Source: a virus. Taken from it: a DNA stretch of 64,000 nt. The notes beneath the pieces are model-generated. The model had not been told where the DNA came from, made no database searches, and saw nothing but the letters and a program-made list of their open reading frames with translations. Each line of letters starts with the position of its first letter. The first letter of the stretch is position 1. The position numbers and the translations under genes were made by a program. The stretch is taken from positions 32,001 to 96,000 of the IMG/VR virus record IMGVR_UViG_3300037297_000135; one strand, 5' to 3'. Positions 52,749-63,284 of the stretch are shown in pieces.

Positions 52749-55700
52749 ATGAAAACATATACTGTATTTCATCTTCATGATGAACATTCAAATTGCAATG
52801 GTTATTATGATTCAATTACACCATTTAAGGAATATTTAAAACTTGCAAAAGCTCAAAATATGAATGCAATTGCCTTATCGAATCATGGCAATATCTTTGA
52901 ATGGGTTCAAAAAAAACAGGCCTGCGATAAATTAAATATTAAATATATACATGGTATTGAAACTTATATGGATATAATTGATATGGGTAAACAATCATTT
53001 CATATAGGTCTTTATGCGAAAAATTATGATGGTGTTATGGAATTGAATAGACTTGCTTCAAAATCAACTTTAAAAGATGGTCATTTTTACAAAACTCCTA
53101 GGATTTATTTTTCTGAACTTAAACAAACTAGTAAAAACATAATCATTACTACTGCTTGTTTACAAAGTGCATTATGGCAATTAAGAAAATTTGAAAATTT
53201 TACAAATGAAATTTTAGAATTTTTATCAAGTATATCTGATAGAAGCTTTCTTGAAATACAATATCACAATCATATCGAACAAATCGAATACAATAAACTT
53301 CTTTTATCATATTCAAAAAAATACAAAATCCCTTTAATTGCTGGAACTGATACTCATAGTGCAAATTCATATTATGCTGAATGTAGAAAAATACTTCAAA
53401 AATCAAATAATTCATATTATGGTAATGAAGATAGTTTCGATTTAACCTGGAAGACATATGATGAATTGATTGAATGTTTTAAACAACAAAATTCAATACC
53501 AGAAATTGAATTTTTAAAAGCAATTGAGAATACAAATGTTTTAGCTAATATGGTTGAACCATTTGAATTGAATTATGAATTTAAATATCCAGGATTATAT
53601 AAAAATCCTAAAGAAAAATTTTTAGCTGCTGTAGATAGAAATTATAAAACCAAATTAAATAAAGGCATAATAAAAGAAAATCAGGAATATATTGATAGGC
53701 AAAAAGAAGAACTTGAAGCAATTGAAAAACAAGGAATGGAAAGCTTTTTATATTTTATGCATGAATTAGTTGAATATTGTAAAAAAAACAATATTATATA
53801 TGGAAGATGTCGTGGTTCTGTAGGTGGTAGTTTGATTGCATATATACTTGATATTATAGACCTTGACCCAATTAAATTCAAAACCATTTTTTCAAGATTT
53901 TGTAATGCTGACAGAATATCTTTAGCTGATATAGATATTGATTTTGCACCTGAAGACAGGGGGAAAATATATAAATATATAATTAATCGTTTTACAACCC
54001 GAAATACTGCATATATATCACAATTTGGTAAATTAAAAGACCGTGGAACATTAGATGTTTTAGGTCGTGGATTAGATATGCCTTTAGATGAAATTAAAAT
54101 CATCAAAGATGAATATGAAACATTGCTTTTTGATTATAAAAAAATCATTCAAGAATCTATAAACCTGGAAGAACATAAAATAGAAAATGATATAGATAAC
54201 CATGAAAAATTTGTTGTAATAATTAATGATATTATTATTATAGCAAAATTAAACATATTATATGATAACTATATCAAGTTAAAGGAAAAATATAAAGATG
54301 TGTTTTATTATTTTGATGGGCTTAAAAATACTATTATCTCAAAAGGCAATCATCCTGCTGGAATAATTGGTTCTCCAATTGATTTAATTCAACATATTGG
54401 AGTTTGGTACAAAGATGGAGATGAAAACTTTCCTGTTTCTGTTTGTTCAATGAAACCTATTGAATCTTTAAATTTTTGCAAATTTGATATCTTAGGTTTG
54501 AAAATGATGGGAATAATCAAAGATACATATAAAGATATAGGAATAAAATATCATAAGTCTCACGAAATGAATTGGGAAGATAAAAATATATTTGATGAAA
54601 TCATTCAATCAAAAGTTGGATGTTTTCAGTTCGAAGGAGAATATGCATTTGAACAATTGAAAAAATTCAAACCTCGAAATATATTTGATATTACGCTTGT
54701 TACTGCTGCCATTCGTCCATCAGGTGCTAGTTATCGCGATAAGCTCTTAAACCGTGAATTCAATCGAAATCCATCTAAAGAAATTGATGAATTGTTAGTT
54801 GATAATTATGGATATATTGTTTATCAAGAAGATACAATCAAATTTCTTCAACAATTTTGTGGGTTTTCAGGAAGTGAAGCAGATACAATCCGTAGAGCAA
54901 TAGGAAAAAAACTTTTAGATGTGATAAAAGATAATACAGAAAAAATAACAAAAGGATATCAATCAACTTTAAAAAAGGATTTTGAAACAGCAAAAAAAGA
55001 AATTACAGAATTTTTAAAAATGTTAATCAATGCATCTAGATATCAATTTGGATACAATCATGCATTAGGATATACTTTGAATACATGTACAGGTATATAT
55101 TTAAGACATTATCATCCTGTTTCATTTGTCAAATCATATTTAAATCGTGCTGATAAAAATGAAGATTATGTAGATGGTTTTAATTTAGCTCAATTAAAAG
55201 GCATTAAAATTGAAAGTATTTGTTTCAAATATTCATATGGCAAATACATATACGATGAAAACACTAAAACCATGTATAAAGGTTTGAAATCAGTGAAATA
55301 TATAAACAATATTTCAGATGAAATTTTAAATGATTTATACAATCAAAAATACCAAAATATTTCAGATGTTTTTGAACGTTTTTTAAATCACTTTAATAAA
55401 AAACAAATTGGAATTTTGATTGATTTAAATTATTTCAAAAATTTTGGGAACCCAAATTATTTAACTGAATGTTTTAAAATATTTCAAAAATATTTTGGCA
55501 AAAAACAATTCAAAAAAGATGCATTGCTTGAAATTGAAAAGACCTGGTTTGAAAAAATACCTCATAAAAAAACCGATAAATTGTATAAGGGATTTGATTC
55601 AAAAGATTTGATTAACTATATAATCAAAAATGCATTAACAAAAAAATCATATGATTATTTCGATTTGTTGAAAAAAGAATTTGAATATTTTGGATATGTG

Positions 55701-55955
55701 CATACAAAATTAAAAGCCCATAAAGATTTGGTTATGGTTTTAGATATAAAAATTAAAAATTCTGTTAGAGTTCATGTTTGTTACGTAAATTCTGGTGTTC
55801 ATAAAACTTATACAATCTATAAAAATAAATTTTATAAACACCAGAACTATGACAACATATATTTTAATCCAAGATTTAAAATTTTTGACTTAATATACAT
55901 TAAGTCAATTGAAACAAATAAATATGGTACTTTTTTAAACAGCTTCATGTTTTGA
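52749..55955 (+). CDS. dnaE: DNA polymerase III alpha subunit (family C)
   Basis: PHP domain FHLHDEHS, LSNHG, GTDTH; GRCRGSVGGS; LADIDIDF; KFDILGL; VYQE; YQFGYNHA. Confidence 0.96.
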   Translation: MKTYTVFHLHDEHSNCNGYYDSITPFKEYLKLAKAQNMNAIALSNHGNIFEWVQKKQACDKLNIKYIHGIETYMDIIDMGKQSFHIGLYAKNYDGVMELNRLASKSTLKDGHFYKTPRIYFSELKQTSKNIIITTACLQSALWQLRKFENFTNEILEFLSSISDRSFLEIQYHNHIEQIEYNKLLLSYSKKYKIPLIAGTDTHSANSYYAECRKILQKSNNSYYGNEDSFDLTWKTYDELIECFKQQNSIPEIEFLKAIENTNVLANMVEPFELNYEFKYPGLYKNPKEKFLAAVDRNYKTKLNKGIIKENQEYIDRQKEELEAIEKQGMESFLYFMHELVEYCKKNNIIYGRCRGSVGGSLIAYILDIIDLDPIKFKTIFSRFCNADRISLADIDIDFAPEDRGKIYKYIINRFTTRNTAYISQFGKLKDRGTLDVLGRGLDMPLDEIKIIKDEYETLLFDYKKIIQESINLEEHKIENDIDNHEKFVVIINDIIIIAKLNILYDNYIKLKEKYKDVFYYFDGLKNTIISKGNHPAGIIGSPIDLIQHIGVWYKDGDENFPVSVCSMKPIESLNFCKFDILGLKMMGIIKDTYKDIGIKYHKSHEMNWEDKNIFDEIIQSKVGCFQFEGEYAFEQLKKFKPRNIFDITLVTAAIRPSGASYRDKLLNREFNRNPSKEIDELLVDNYGYIVYQEDTIKFLQQFCGFSGSEADTIRRAIGKKLLDVIKDNTEKITKGYQSTLKKDFETAKKEITEFLKMLINASRYQFGYNHALGYTLNTCTGIYLRHYHPVSFVKSYLNRADKNEDYVDGFNLAQLKGIKIESICFKYSYGKYIYDENTKTMYKGLKSVKYINNISDEILNDLYNQKYQNISDVFERFLNHFNKKQIGILIDLNYFKNFGNPNYLTECFKIFQKYFGKKQFKKDALLEIEKTWFEKIPHKKTDKLYKGFDSKDLINYIIKNALTKKSYDYFDLLKKEFEYFGYVHTKLKAHKDLVMVLDIKIKNSVRVHVCYVNSGVHKTYTIYKNKFYKHQNYDNIYFNPRFKIFDLIYIKSIETNKYGTFLNSFMF

Positions 55956-56801
55956 ATTTAATTTTTCTAAAATACTCTTTGAATTGGTTGAAACATACAA
56001 CTTAGTAGTTTCAATACTACTATGCCCTAAAACATCTTGTAATTCAAACACATTAAGTATATCACTGTTGTCACTTGCAAATTTACGCCTTGTTGAATGA
56101 ACACACACTTCAAAAGGCTTTAAAGCTTTATTCAAAGTTGATTTATTCATGGGTTTGTTTTTACTAAATCGCCCAAAAAAAACATAGTTGTTTGGACTTA
56201 ACTTTTGTTCCTTTATCCAATTTTGAAGTTTTTCAAAAATATAATCCTTAAAATATAAAATCCTTACATTTTCACCTTTACCAATTAATAAACCTGTTTT
56301 AACAACATCTTTAACTTTTAAATTTAAAAGCTCTTTTTTCCTCATTCCAGTATAAACTAATGTTTCAACCATTAATTTATTTTTTTCTGAAATATTTGAA
56401 TTTAATATTTTTTCAAATATTTTTTTAGGCATAGGCATTTTTTTTGATTTTGGTATGTTGATATATGGTGTTTTAATTATATTTTTTGACAAATATCTTT
56501 CTTTTGTCAAAAAATTCATAAAATCTTTTAATACAATGAATTTATATTTTATTGTTGTATTTTTGTTTCTTAAAACATTCCTGCAATGCAATATATATTC
56601 ATTGTTACAAAATTCCTTTCCTTGTGTGATTAACAATTCTATATATTCTATAAAACTGTTAATCACACTTGTATATGTTTTTATAGACTCAATTGAAGCA
56701 CCAAAAACTTCTTTTGTATTTATATATTTTGTCAAATATTTCTGTTTTTTTGAAACTAATTTTTCCATTATGATTTCAATATCTGTTTTTTCTTTTTCCA
56801 T
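55935..56801 (-). CDS. Tyrosine recombinase/integrase (XerC/D-like)
   Basis: YTGMRKKEL, GKGENVR, HSTRRKFA, LGHSSIETTKLY (R-K-H-R-H-Y). Confidence 0.92.
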   Translation of the reverse strand: MEKEKTDIEIIMEKLVSKKQKYLTKYINTKEVFGASIESIKTYTSVINSFIEYIELLITQGKEFCNNEYILHCRNVLRNKNTTIKYKFIVLKDFMNFLTKERYLSKNIIKTPYINIPKSKKMPMPKKIFEKILNSNISEKNKLMVETLVYTGMRKKELLNLKVKDVVKTGLLIGKGENVRILYFKDYIFEKLQNWIKEQKLSPNNYVFFGRFSKNKPMNKSTLNKALKPFEVCVHSTRRKFASDNSDILNVFELQDVLGHSSIETTKLYVSTNSKSILEKLNSKHEAV

Positions 56802-57027
56802 TTTTAACCCTCCTAAAAATATAAAATGTTAATTCAACAATTGTTGCTATTATAAAAAATGAAATTAAAATCCATAAAAAACTTTGTTCTTTGTAAAAGA
56901 ATATTTTACCTATACCACTAAAAAATATTCCACTAATCAAATATATTGCAATTTTTTGTATATTTTTGCTTTTTTTAAATTTTTTAGCATTTTCAAAAAG
57001 TCCATATCTTATGTTATCAATCTTCAT
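56776..57027 (-). CDS. Small membrane protein
   Basis: Two TM segments; overlaps neighbours. Confidence 0.6.
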   Translation of the reverse strand: MKIDNIRYGLFENAKKFKKSKNIQKIAIYLISGIFFSGIGKIFFYKEQSFLWILISFFIIATIVELTFYIFRRVKNGKRKNRY

Positions 57028-57292
57028 TTTTATTCATCCTCCAATTGCATTTATTTATATCTTCAATTTTATTAGTTTTCAACCATTTTTTAAAATCATC
57101 AGTCAAGTAAAATTTACTTCCACCCATCAATTTATTTTCTTTATACACCACATTTTTTTCTATCAGCAAATCTCTAACTACACTCATTGTATATACATCT
57201 TTTCCAAAATCCTCTATTGTTCCATATTCATTTTCTTGAATTTTTTTTACTGCATTCATACTATTTTCACCAAATACCATTATATCCTCCAT
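57017..57292 (-). CDS. Hypothetical protein
   Basis: 91-aa ORF on the coding strand of this block. Confidence 0.65.
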   Translation of the reverse strand: MEDIMVFGENSMNAVKKIQENEYGTIEDFGKDVYTMSVVRDLLIEKNVVYKENKLMGGSKFYLTDDFKKWLKTNKIEDINKCNWRMNKNED

Positions 57293-57384
57293 CCATATTT
57301 TTTTGAATCTTTTTTTTCAAATATATCATGCACATTTTTTAACACACATATCCCAAAAATCCATATAAAAAAAAACACAATCAT

Positions 57385-57870
57385 TTACTTAACCACCTCT
57401 TTTTCTATTGCTTCATTAAGCATTTTTTTGTATTTTTCAAATTCTTTTGATTTATACCTATTATGAAACAAATAATCTTTATTGATTATTAAAATGGATG
57501 TAAACATCCATTTTACAATACCACCAGGTAACATCACTCCAAAATATTTGCATAACAAATAAAATTCATAATTTGTTATTGTATAGTTTGTATATTTGTT
57601 TATAAGTATATCAAAATTTATACTTGTAGACACTTTTTCATATTCTTTTTTTGTTTGTTCAAAAAAATCGATTTTTTCAAATTTTACATTTTGTTTTTGA
57701 AAAATCAAAATATTTTTAATTTTTTTAGGTCTTTCTTTTTTAAAAAGATATATTTTGTTTTGTCTGTTTTTTAAGACAATATGTTTTTCATATACCTTAA
57801 AAACTTTGCAAAATATTCTTTTATCTTTTTTTATCAAATTTACAAACTCACCTTCAACTAACATCTTCAT
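57385..57870 (-). CDS. Hypothetical protein
   Basis: 161-aa basic ORF overlapping the upstream gene. Confidence 0.6.
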   Translation of the reverse strand: MKMLVEGEFVNLIKKDKRIFCKVFKVYEKHIVLKNRQNKIYLFKKERPKKIKNILIFQKQNVKFEKIDFFEQTKKEYEKVSTSINFDILINKYTNYTITNYEFYLLCKYFGVMLPGGIVKWMFTSILIINKDYLFHNRYKSKEFEKYKKMLNEAIEKEVVK

Positions 57871-58726
57871 CTTTATCTTCCCAATCTCTTACTTCATAAT
57901 TAAATATTCCACGTATATTTAATTTTTTACTATATCCAATATTATAATTATACGCTTTGTGAAAGCCTTCACCATATTGGCGTTGGTTTGAAAAATATCC
58001 TATATCATATAACAATTTGGGATTGTTTTTTAATCTTTTAATGAATTTTTCATGTTCATATCCACGAATCCTCATTAATTTTAACAATGCATAAAATGTC
58101 GATTTGTTATGACTGAATTTTTTATAATCAACTTCAAGAAAATCCATAATTCTATCTGCATTTTGAATTGATTTTTCATAATTAGGTATATTCAAAACAC
58201 CTTTTTTTGATGCATCCAGTATGACATGTGACATTGGTCTATTTGCCAACAGCACAATTATTACAGCTAATGGTATATCTTTGTATTTGTTTTGGAAACC
58301 TTGTGCTATTTCATAATTCTTTTTCCCTTCTTTTAAATATGATTCAAAAAAGTCTTTCAATTTCCAACTTCCATTACAGTCATTAATTCTTCTCATATCA
58401 TTTGCATTAATATTTGGGTTTAATTGAAATACAATTGGTAATTGTGGATATTTATCAGACCCTTTATGTTTTTTGTTATATATCTCTAGTGCTTTTTTTC
58501 TATTTCCACCATCATAAATCATTATCTTACCCTCTTCGATTTTACATATACACACAGTTTCGATGTACCCTTCTTCGAAACTGTGTACAAGTTCATTTAT
58601 TTTATGTGGATTTTCACTTCTATTATATTTATGATTTTCAAAAGCATCAAAATTAAATGATTTATATGTCACAACCTTACTTTTTTCCACATCTACAATT
58701 TTTTTCAATTCTTGATATTCAGTCAT
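57854..58726 (-). CDS. ParB/Srx-like N-terminal domain protein
   Basis: NRSENPHKINELVHSF...IMIYDGGNRKKAL. Confidence 0.55.
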   Translation of the reverse strand: MTEYQELKKIVDVEKSKVVTYKSFNFDAFENHKYNRSENPHKINELVHSFEEGYIETVCICKIEEGKIMIYDGGNRKKALEIYNKKHKGSDKYPQLPIVFQLNPNINANDMRRINDCNGSWKLKDFFESYLKEGKKNYEIAQGFQNKYKDIPLAVIIVLLANRPMSHVILDASKKGVLNIPNYEKSIQNADRIMDFLEVDYKKFSHNKSTFYALLKLMRIRGYEHEKFIKRLKNNPKLLYDIGYFSNQRQYGEGFHKAYNYNIGYSKKLNIRGIFNYEVRDWEDKDEDVS

Positions 58727-59469
58727 TTTTTACACTCCTTAATATTATATTCTTCTAAACCTATTGTTTCTGGTTCTTCATTGTATTCATCATACGATTT
58801 TTCTATAATTGTATCATGTATATCACTTTCAAAATCTACAAATTTAATATTGTACCAATTCCCTCCTTTCGGTAAAACCGAAACAAACTTCATTGAATTT
58901 ATTTTATTCAATTGTGCTTCTTTTGTGTGTTCAGTTCTAAATATTTTTTCAATTTCATTTGCTAAAATTGCTTTAATTTCTGTGATTTTTAACGAGTCAA
59001 TATATTTAAGCTTTTCACTATTCAAAATTTTTTCAATCTTAAAAACATATCCATCTTTATGATTTTCTAAGATATATTCTTCAAATTTTTCCGAAGATAT
59101 ATTTTTAATACAATGAACAAATTCATCGTATTTATCTACATGGATTGAGCAACTATCTATAAGTATTTGTTTTAATTCTTTAATTTTATTCATTCTTAAA
59201 TCTAAAAAATCAAAAACAAACAATACGATTTCACCTAAAGTCTTTTTTTCGCCTAAATACACAAATTCTTTTTCAAAAATATTTTTGTTGACCATGAATG
59301 AATTAAATAAACTTTCAATCAATTCATCATTAATCATTGAAAATCCAAAATTTTCATAGATGCTTTTGATTCCAGATAGCATGAAGTTAAAATCATTTTT
59401 GTCTTCTTGTTGCAAATTTTTTGTTAATTCTTCAACTTTTGTCATATTATACATTTTTTTATTCCTCAT
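58723..59469 (-). CDS. Hypothetical protein
   Basis: 248-aa ORF. Confidence 0.7.
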   Translation of the reverse strand: MRNKKMYNMTKVEELTKNLQQEDKNDFNFMLSGIKSIYENFGFSMINDELIESLFNSFMVNKNIFEKEFVYLGEKKTLGEIVLFVFDFLDLRMNKIKELKQILIDSCSIHVDKYDEFVHCIKNISSEKFEEYILENHKDGYVFKIEKILNSEKLKYIDSLKITEIKAILANEIEKIFRTEHTKEAQLNKINSMKFVSVLPKGGNWYNIKFVDFESDIHDTIIEKSYDEYNEEPETIGLEEYNIKECKK

Positions 59470-59484
59470 TTCATATATTTTTGT

Positions 59485-59661
59485 TTATTTTCTTTCTTTT
59501 ATATTCACTTCATTACTAGCATATGGTTCTATTGCTATATTCCCATATGGCATATTTATTTCAATTGTTTTATCTTTTTTTATTTTTACATTTACTTCAA
59601 AATCTTCATCAACACAAACTAATTTATATGTTGTATTAATATCTAATTCTATTTTTTTCAT
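59485..59661 (-). CDS. Hypothetical protein (58 aa)
   Basis: Translated by eye: MKKIELDINTTYKLVCVDED...; GGGAG RBS. Confidence 0.5.
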   Translation of the reverse strand: MKKIELDINTTYKLVCVDEDFEVNVKIKKDKTIEINMPYGNIAIEPYASNEVNIKERK

Positions 59662-59726
59662 TTTCTCCCTCTTTTCTTTTTTTGAATTTTAAAATCTTTT
59701 CATTCATAAAAATCAATCCCCTTTAA

Positions 59727-60146
59727 TTATATAAATTTATTCAGTTTTATTATATCAAAATCATCAATTGTATTATTATATTTTATTATTGAAAAATATT
59801 TTTTATTAATTATAATTTTAATATTTTCAGTATAATTACTTATTAAAATAAATTTTAAATAATATTTTTCATCTAATTCATTATTTAAAAAATCTTCTTC
59901 CTTAAAATTATCATCTTCTATATCTATTTGGAAATCAAATTTGTTATTTCTATATTTTTTTAAAATTTTTATATCGACATTTAAATCATCATATGTTTTA
60001 TACATTTTTTCTAAACTTTCAATTTTTAAATTTATAAAATTTTCTATTTTATTTTCATTAGTTTGATATCGATTAACATAAAAAAATATAGCATATGAAA
60101 TCAATATTAAACTAAATATCAAATACATTATATTTATTTTTCTCAT
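59727..60146 (-). CDS. Protein with N-terminal membrane anchor
   Basis: MRKINIMYLIFSLILISYAIFFYV. Confidence 0.6.
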   Translation of the reverse strand: MRKINIMYLIFSLILISYAIFFYVNRYQTNENKIENFINLKIESLEKMYKTYDDLNVDIKILKKYRNNKFDFQIDIEDDNFKEEDFLNNELDEKYYLKFILISNYTENIKIIINKKYFSIIKYNNTIDDFDIIKLNKFI

Positions 60147-60160
60147 GAAATCAATTCCTT

Positions 60161-60502
60161 TTATTTTTTTATTTGTCTAAACAACAATTCATTTTCAAAA
60201 ACCGACATCATAAAATGATTTTTTATTTTTTGTGTGTTTATCGAGTTATACCAACTTGGTGAAATTGTTTTACAATCATACAAAATTGAATATGGTATCG
60301 AATCTTTTTCATTAATTTTTATCCAATTTACTAAAGCAAATGGTTTACCTTCTGAAAAAGCACCATGCAAAAGCAAATCGTTCCAAATCAACAATATTTG
60401 ATTTGTGATTTTTACTTTGATATATTTGTTATTCAAATCATTTTTCAATTTTACGATGTCTAAAACTTCAAAAGCAGATTTTATATTTATATTGTATTCC
60501 AT
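60161..60502 (-). CDS. Hypothetical protein
   Basis: 113-aa ORF, GAGGGG RBS. Confidence 0.65.
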   Translation of the reverse strand: MEYNINIKSAFEVLDIVKLKNDLNNKYIKVKITNQILLIWNDLLLHGAFSEGKPFALVNWIKINEKDSIPYSILYDCKTISPSWYNSINTQKIKNHFMMSVFENELLFRQIKK

Positions 60503-60528
60503 TTTATTCCCCTCATATTTTACATATA

Positions 60529-61221
60529 TTATACATTATCTCTATTTGTTTTAAAACCTCTTATTGTTTCAATTATATCAAAATCATCATTCATTTTATT
60601 TAAATTTTGATATGCTTGCCGATTGTCTCCATCAATCAGCATACATATGCAGCTTTTCAGATTTTCAATCTCCATTTTTTGCTCAATCAGTATTTCAAAC
60701 ATCCCATATATCCCTAATTCACTTAACTTTTGTTGCATGAGTTTTTTGATTTTTAAATCTTTTTTCTTTTGTTCCTGTTCCAGTTTTTTTACTGTTTCCA
60801 ATCTAAATTCAAGCAATTCATCGTACCAATCTTCAAAACCATCTGTATCTTCAATTTCCCAACAACCATCATTTAGCCATTGGTTTTTCAAATTTTCTAC
60901 TTGTTTAGGTGTTTTTTCTTGATGCAATGCCATTGGTCTTAAAATCAATTTACAGTCATTGCAATACATGTATTCATTATTAAATTCATCATCCCATATT
61001 TTCAAATGTTTTTTACATTCTGGACATTTGGGATAATTTTTTTCTAGCTCTTCTTTCAATTCAATTTCATCAAACATATCTTTATTTAGATTATGTGCTA
61101 AAACTTTTACTTGTGTTCCACCATACCAATGTCGCAATATATCACGACATTGGGCATCATATTCATCTGTTTTGTCTTCAAAACTTTTAAATGGTCTTTC
61201 TTTCATTTTTATTGGGTTCAA
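60529..61221 (-). CDS. Hypothetical protein with Zn ribbon and coiled coil
   Basis: CPEC...CNDC. Confidence 0.7.
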   Translation of the reverse strand: MNPIKMKERPFKSFEDKTDEYDAQCRDILRHWYGGTQVKVLAHNLNKDMFDEIELKEELEKNYPKCPECKKHLKIWDDEFNNEYMYCNDCKLILRPMALHQEKTPKQVENLKNQWLNDGCWEIEDTDGFEDWYDELLEFRLETVKKLEQEQKKKDLKIKKLMQQKLSELGIYGMFEILIEQKMEIENLKSCICMLIDGDNRQAYQNLNKMNDDFDIIETIRGFKTNRDNV

Positions 61222-61226
61222 TCAAA

Positions 61227-61844
61227 TCACTCTCCTCTAATTAATTCTTCTATGCTTATTTCATTTTTTAAATATTTTTTTATTCTTGTTTTTCCATTGC
61301 TATCAAAATTATCACATATTTTTTCTTTTTGTCCGTCTTCTTTGATTACATAAAAATATCTATAATCATTTTTCCAACTGCCTGCTTCTCTTTCTTCAAT
61401 TATATCTCCTACTTCAGCAAAATATTTTCCTGAAACTGTTACTTCTTTTTTACCATATGTTTTATCCAAATCAAAAAATTCTCTTTCAAAATTACCTTTA
61501 TCATTTAATTTGATTTTTGCTGCATATGGTATACCTTTTCTTGAATCATTTGTTACTTCAAAATTGAATTCAAATTGTTTTGATTTTATATTTCCATTAT
61601 TTTTATTATTTAAAACCATTTTTTCACAATATTCATTTAAATCTACTTTATATATATCTTCAACAACCATTTTTATTTCTTCTCCATATCCTATTATTCC
61701 ATGCCAACTAAAATATTCATTTAGAATATTATCTTTAGACATTTTGTTAATTCTTTCATCATTCGAATTGTCATTTTCTTCTAAACCCATTCTTTTTCTA
61801 ATTGCTTTAAGAATATATTCAGGATATTTAATTTCTTCTTTCAT
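61227..61844 (-). CDS. Hypothetical protein
   Basis: 205-aa ORF, AAGGAG RBS. Confidence 0.7.
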   Translation of the reverse strand: MKEEIKYPEYILKAIRKRMGLEENDNSNDERINKMSKDNILNEYFSWHGIIGYGEEIKMVVEDIYKVDLNEYCEKMVLNNKNNGNIKSKQFEFNFEVTNDSRKGIPYAAKIKLNDKGNFEREFFDLDKTYGKKEVTVSGKYFAEVGDIIEEREAGSWKNDYRYFYVIKEDGQKEKICDNFDSNGKTRIKKYLKNEISIEELIRGE

Positions 61845-62158
61845 TTTTTATCATTCTCCTTTTTTTTAATATTTTTATCAATTTCCATCTTGCATTCTTT
61901 ACAAATTGTATAATATTCATTATCTTCACCAATTTTATTTTTTTTAAATTGGTGACCACAATATTCACAAAAAAATGTTTCTGTGATTTCATAGGCATTT
62001 GAAGCTGTTTGATTTATTTTAACATTTTTGTTTCCAGAAATATAAATTGCTGTATTGTTTGTATTATGCCAAATTAAAAAAATAATTCCATTAAATTTTA
62101 TTTCTATTGCACCTTTTATGTTAAATTTACCAATACTTTGATTAATTTTTAATTCCAT
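61841..62158 (-). CDS. Hypothetical protein with C-terminal Zn ribbon
   Basis: CEYC...CKEC; GGAG RBS. Confidence 0.65.
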   Translation of the reverse strand: MELKINQSIGKFNIKGAIEIKFNGIIFLIWHNTNNTAIYISGNKNVKINQTASNAYEITETFFCEYCGHQFKKNKIGEDNEYYTICKECKMEIDKNIKKKENDKK

Positions 62159-62194
62159 AAAATCACTCCATTATATTTATTTTTTTTTAAACAA

Positions 62195-62266
62195 TACGTC
62201 TAACAGGAATCGAACCTGTAGCTCTTGATTCGTAATCAAGTATTTTATCCATTAAACTATAGACGT
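62195..62266 (-). tRNA. tRNA-Arg(ACG)
   Basis: Reverse complement: ACGTCTA/TAGACGT, CTTGA-TTACGAA-TCAAG, ACAGG-TTCGATT-CCTGT. Confidence 0.92.
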
Positions 62267-62277
62267 TTTTATAAATT

Positions 62278-63084
62278 TTAAATATAATGCTTTGCCTGGA
62301 TTATATATTTAAAATCATTCAATTCTTTTTGATATGATGAATTAAATTCTTCAATCGAATGAATTTTATCTCTCATAATTGAAGCATTGTTCATCAAAAC
62401 ATATCTATCATTGTATTTTTTAAAAAATCCAATATCATATCCTGATTCATGATTAATCCTGATAATTTTTAAAATATTTGTTTCTTCATATGAATCAAAA
62501 TATTCATTTATATTTTTTTGAAATGTTTTTTCATCTGACAACAACAATGCTTTATTTAGCATATGATTGTAAATCCTTTCAAATTCATACAAATACAATT
62601 CTGCCTGTTCACGAATTGCATTGCAATCATACATATTCATACCATTATACAGCAAATCGTATGTGATATATACATTTTTATCTATTAGACTTTGAATGTA
62701 TTGCTCGTATGAGTTTTCATGTTTTTCATTGTTTTTGAAAACATAATCCTTCATTTTTATAAAATATATATCTTTGATTGCAATCCTTAAAAATTCAAGC
62801 CTGTGAACAGCTTTAATTCTTTCTTTTTCTGGAATGATTTTCCCTAAATTCAAAATACCAGAATATGCATTTTTTAAATATATCAAAATATATTTTTGCT
62901 CAATTTTGATTATATAAAAATCATAATTCATTGTTCTTTCAATTAAAAAATTTTCAAACCATTTTAAAGCTGATTCAAAACTATCAGCTTCAATTTTACA
63001 AATTTCTTTCGCTTCATTAGACAACAACATATATTCTTTCATCCTCAAAACCCTCCATTTTATTTGATTTTTTGACATAGTCAA
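62278..63084 (-). CDS. Hypothetical protein
   Basis: 268-aa ORF; GGAGG before the internal ATG (MKEYM) suggests a later start. Confidence 0.7.
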   Translation of the reverse strand: MTMSKNQIKWRVLRMKEYMLLSNEAKEICKIEADSFESALKWFENFLIERTMNYDFYIIKIEQKYILIYLKNAYSGILNLGKIIPEKERIKAVHRLEFLRIAIKDIYFIKMKDYVFKNNEKHENSYEQYIQSLIDKNVYITYDLLYNGMNMYDCNAIREQAELYLYEFERIYNHMLNKALLLSDEKTFQKNINEYFDSYEETNILKIIRINHESGYDIGFFKKYNDRYVLMNNASIMRDKIHSIEEFNSSYQKELNDFKYIIQAKHYI

Positions 63085-63216
63085 ATTTCGCTCAAAAACA
63101 TACCTAGAATTGATTCAAATTTTAAAGGTAAAATTACTCTCAAACTTTTTTTTAATAGATTTAAGATATGGTTTTGTTTGAATCTTTTGACAAATATTCA
63201 AATTTTATTATTTTAC

Positions 63217-63248
63217 TATAGAATATAGAAAATTTTCTATATTCTATA
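63217..63248. repeat. Perfect 32-bp palindrome
   Basis: TATAGAATATAGAAAA|TTTTCTATATTCTATA, no loop. Confidence 0.9.
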
Positions 63249-63284
63249 TAAAACAACAAAAACAAAAGTTTGATTCAGGTTTAA

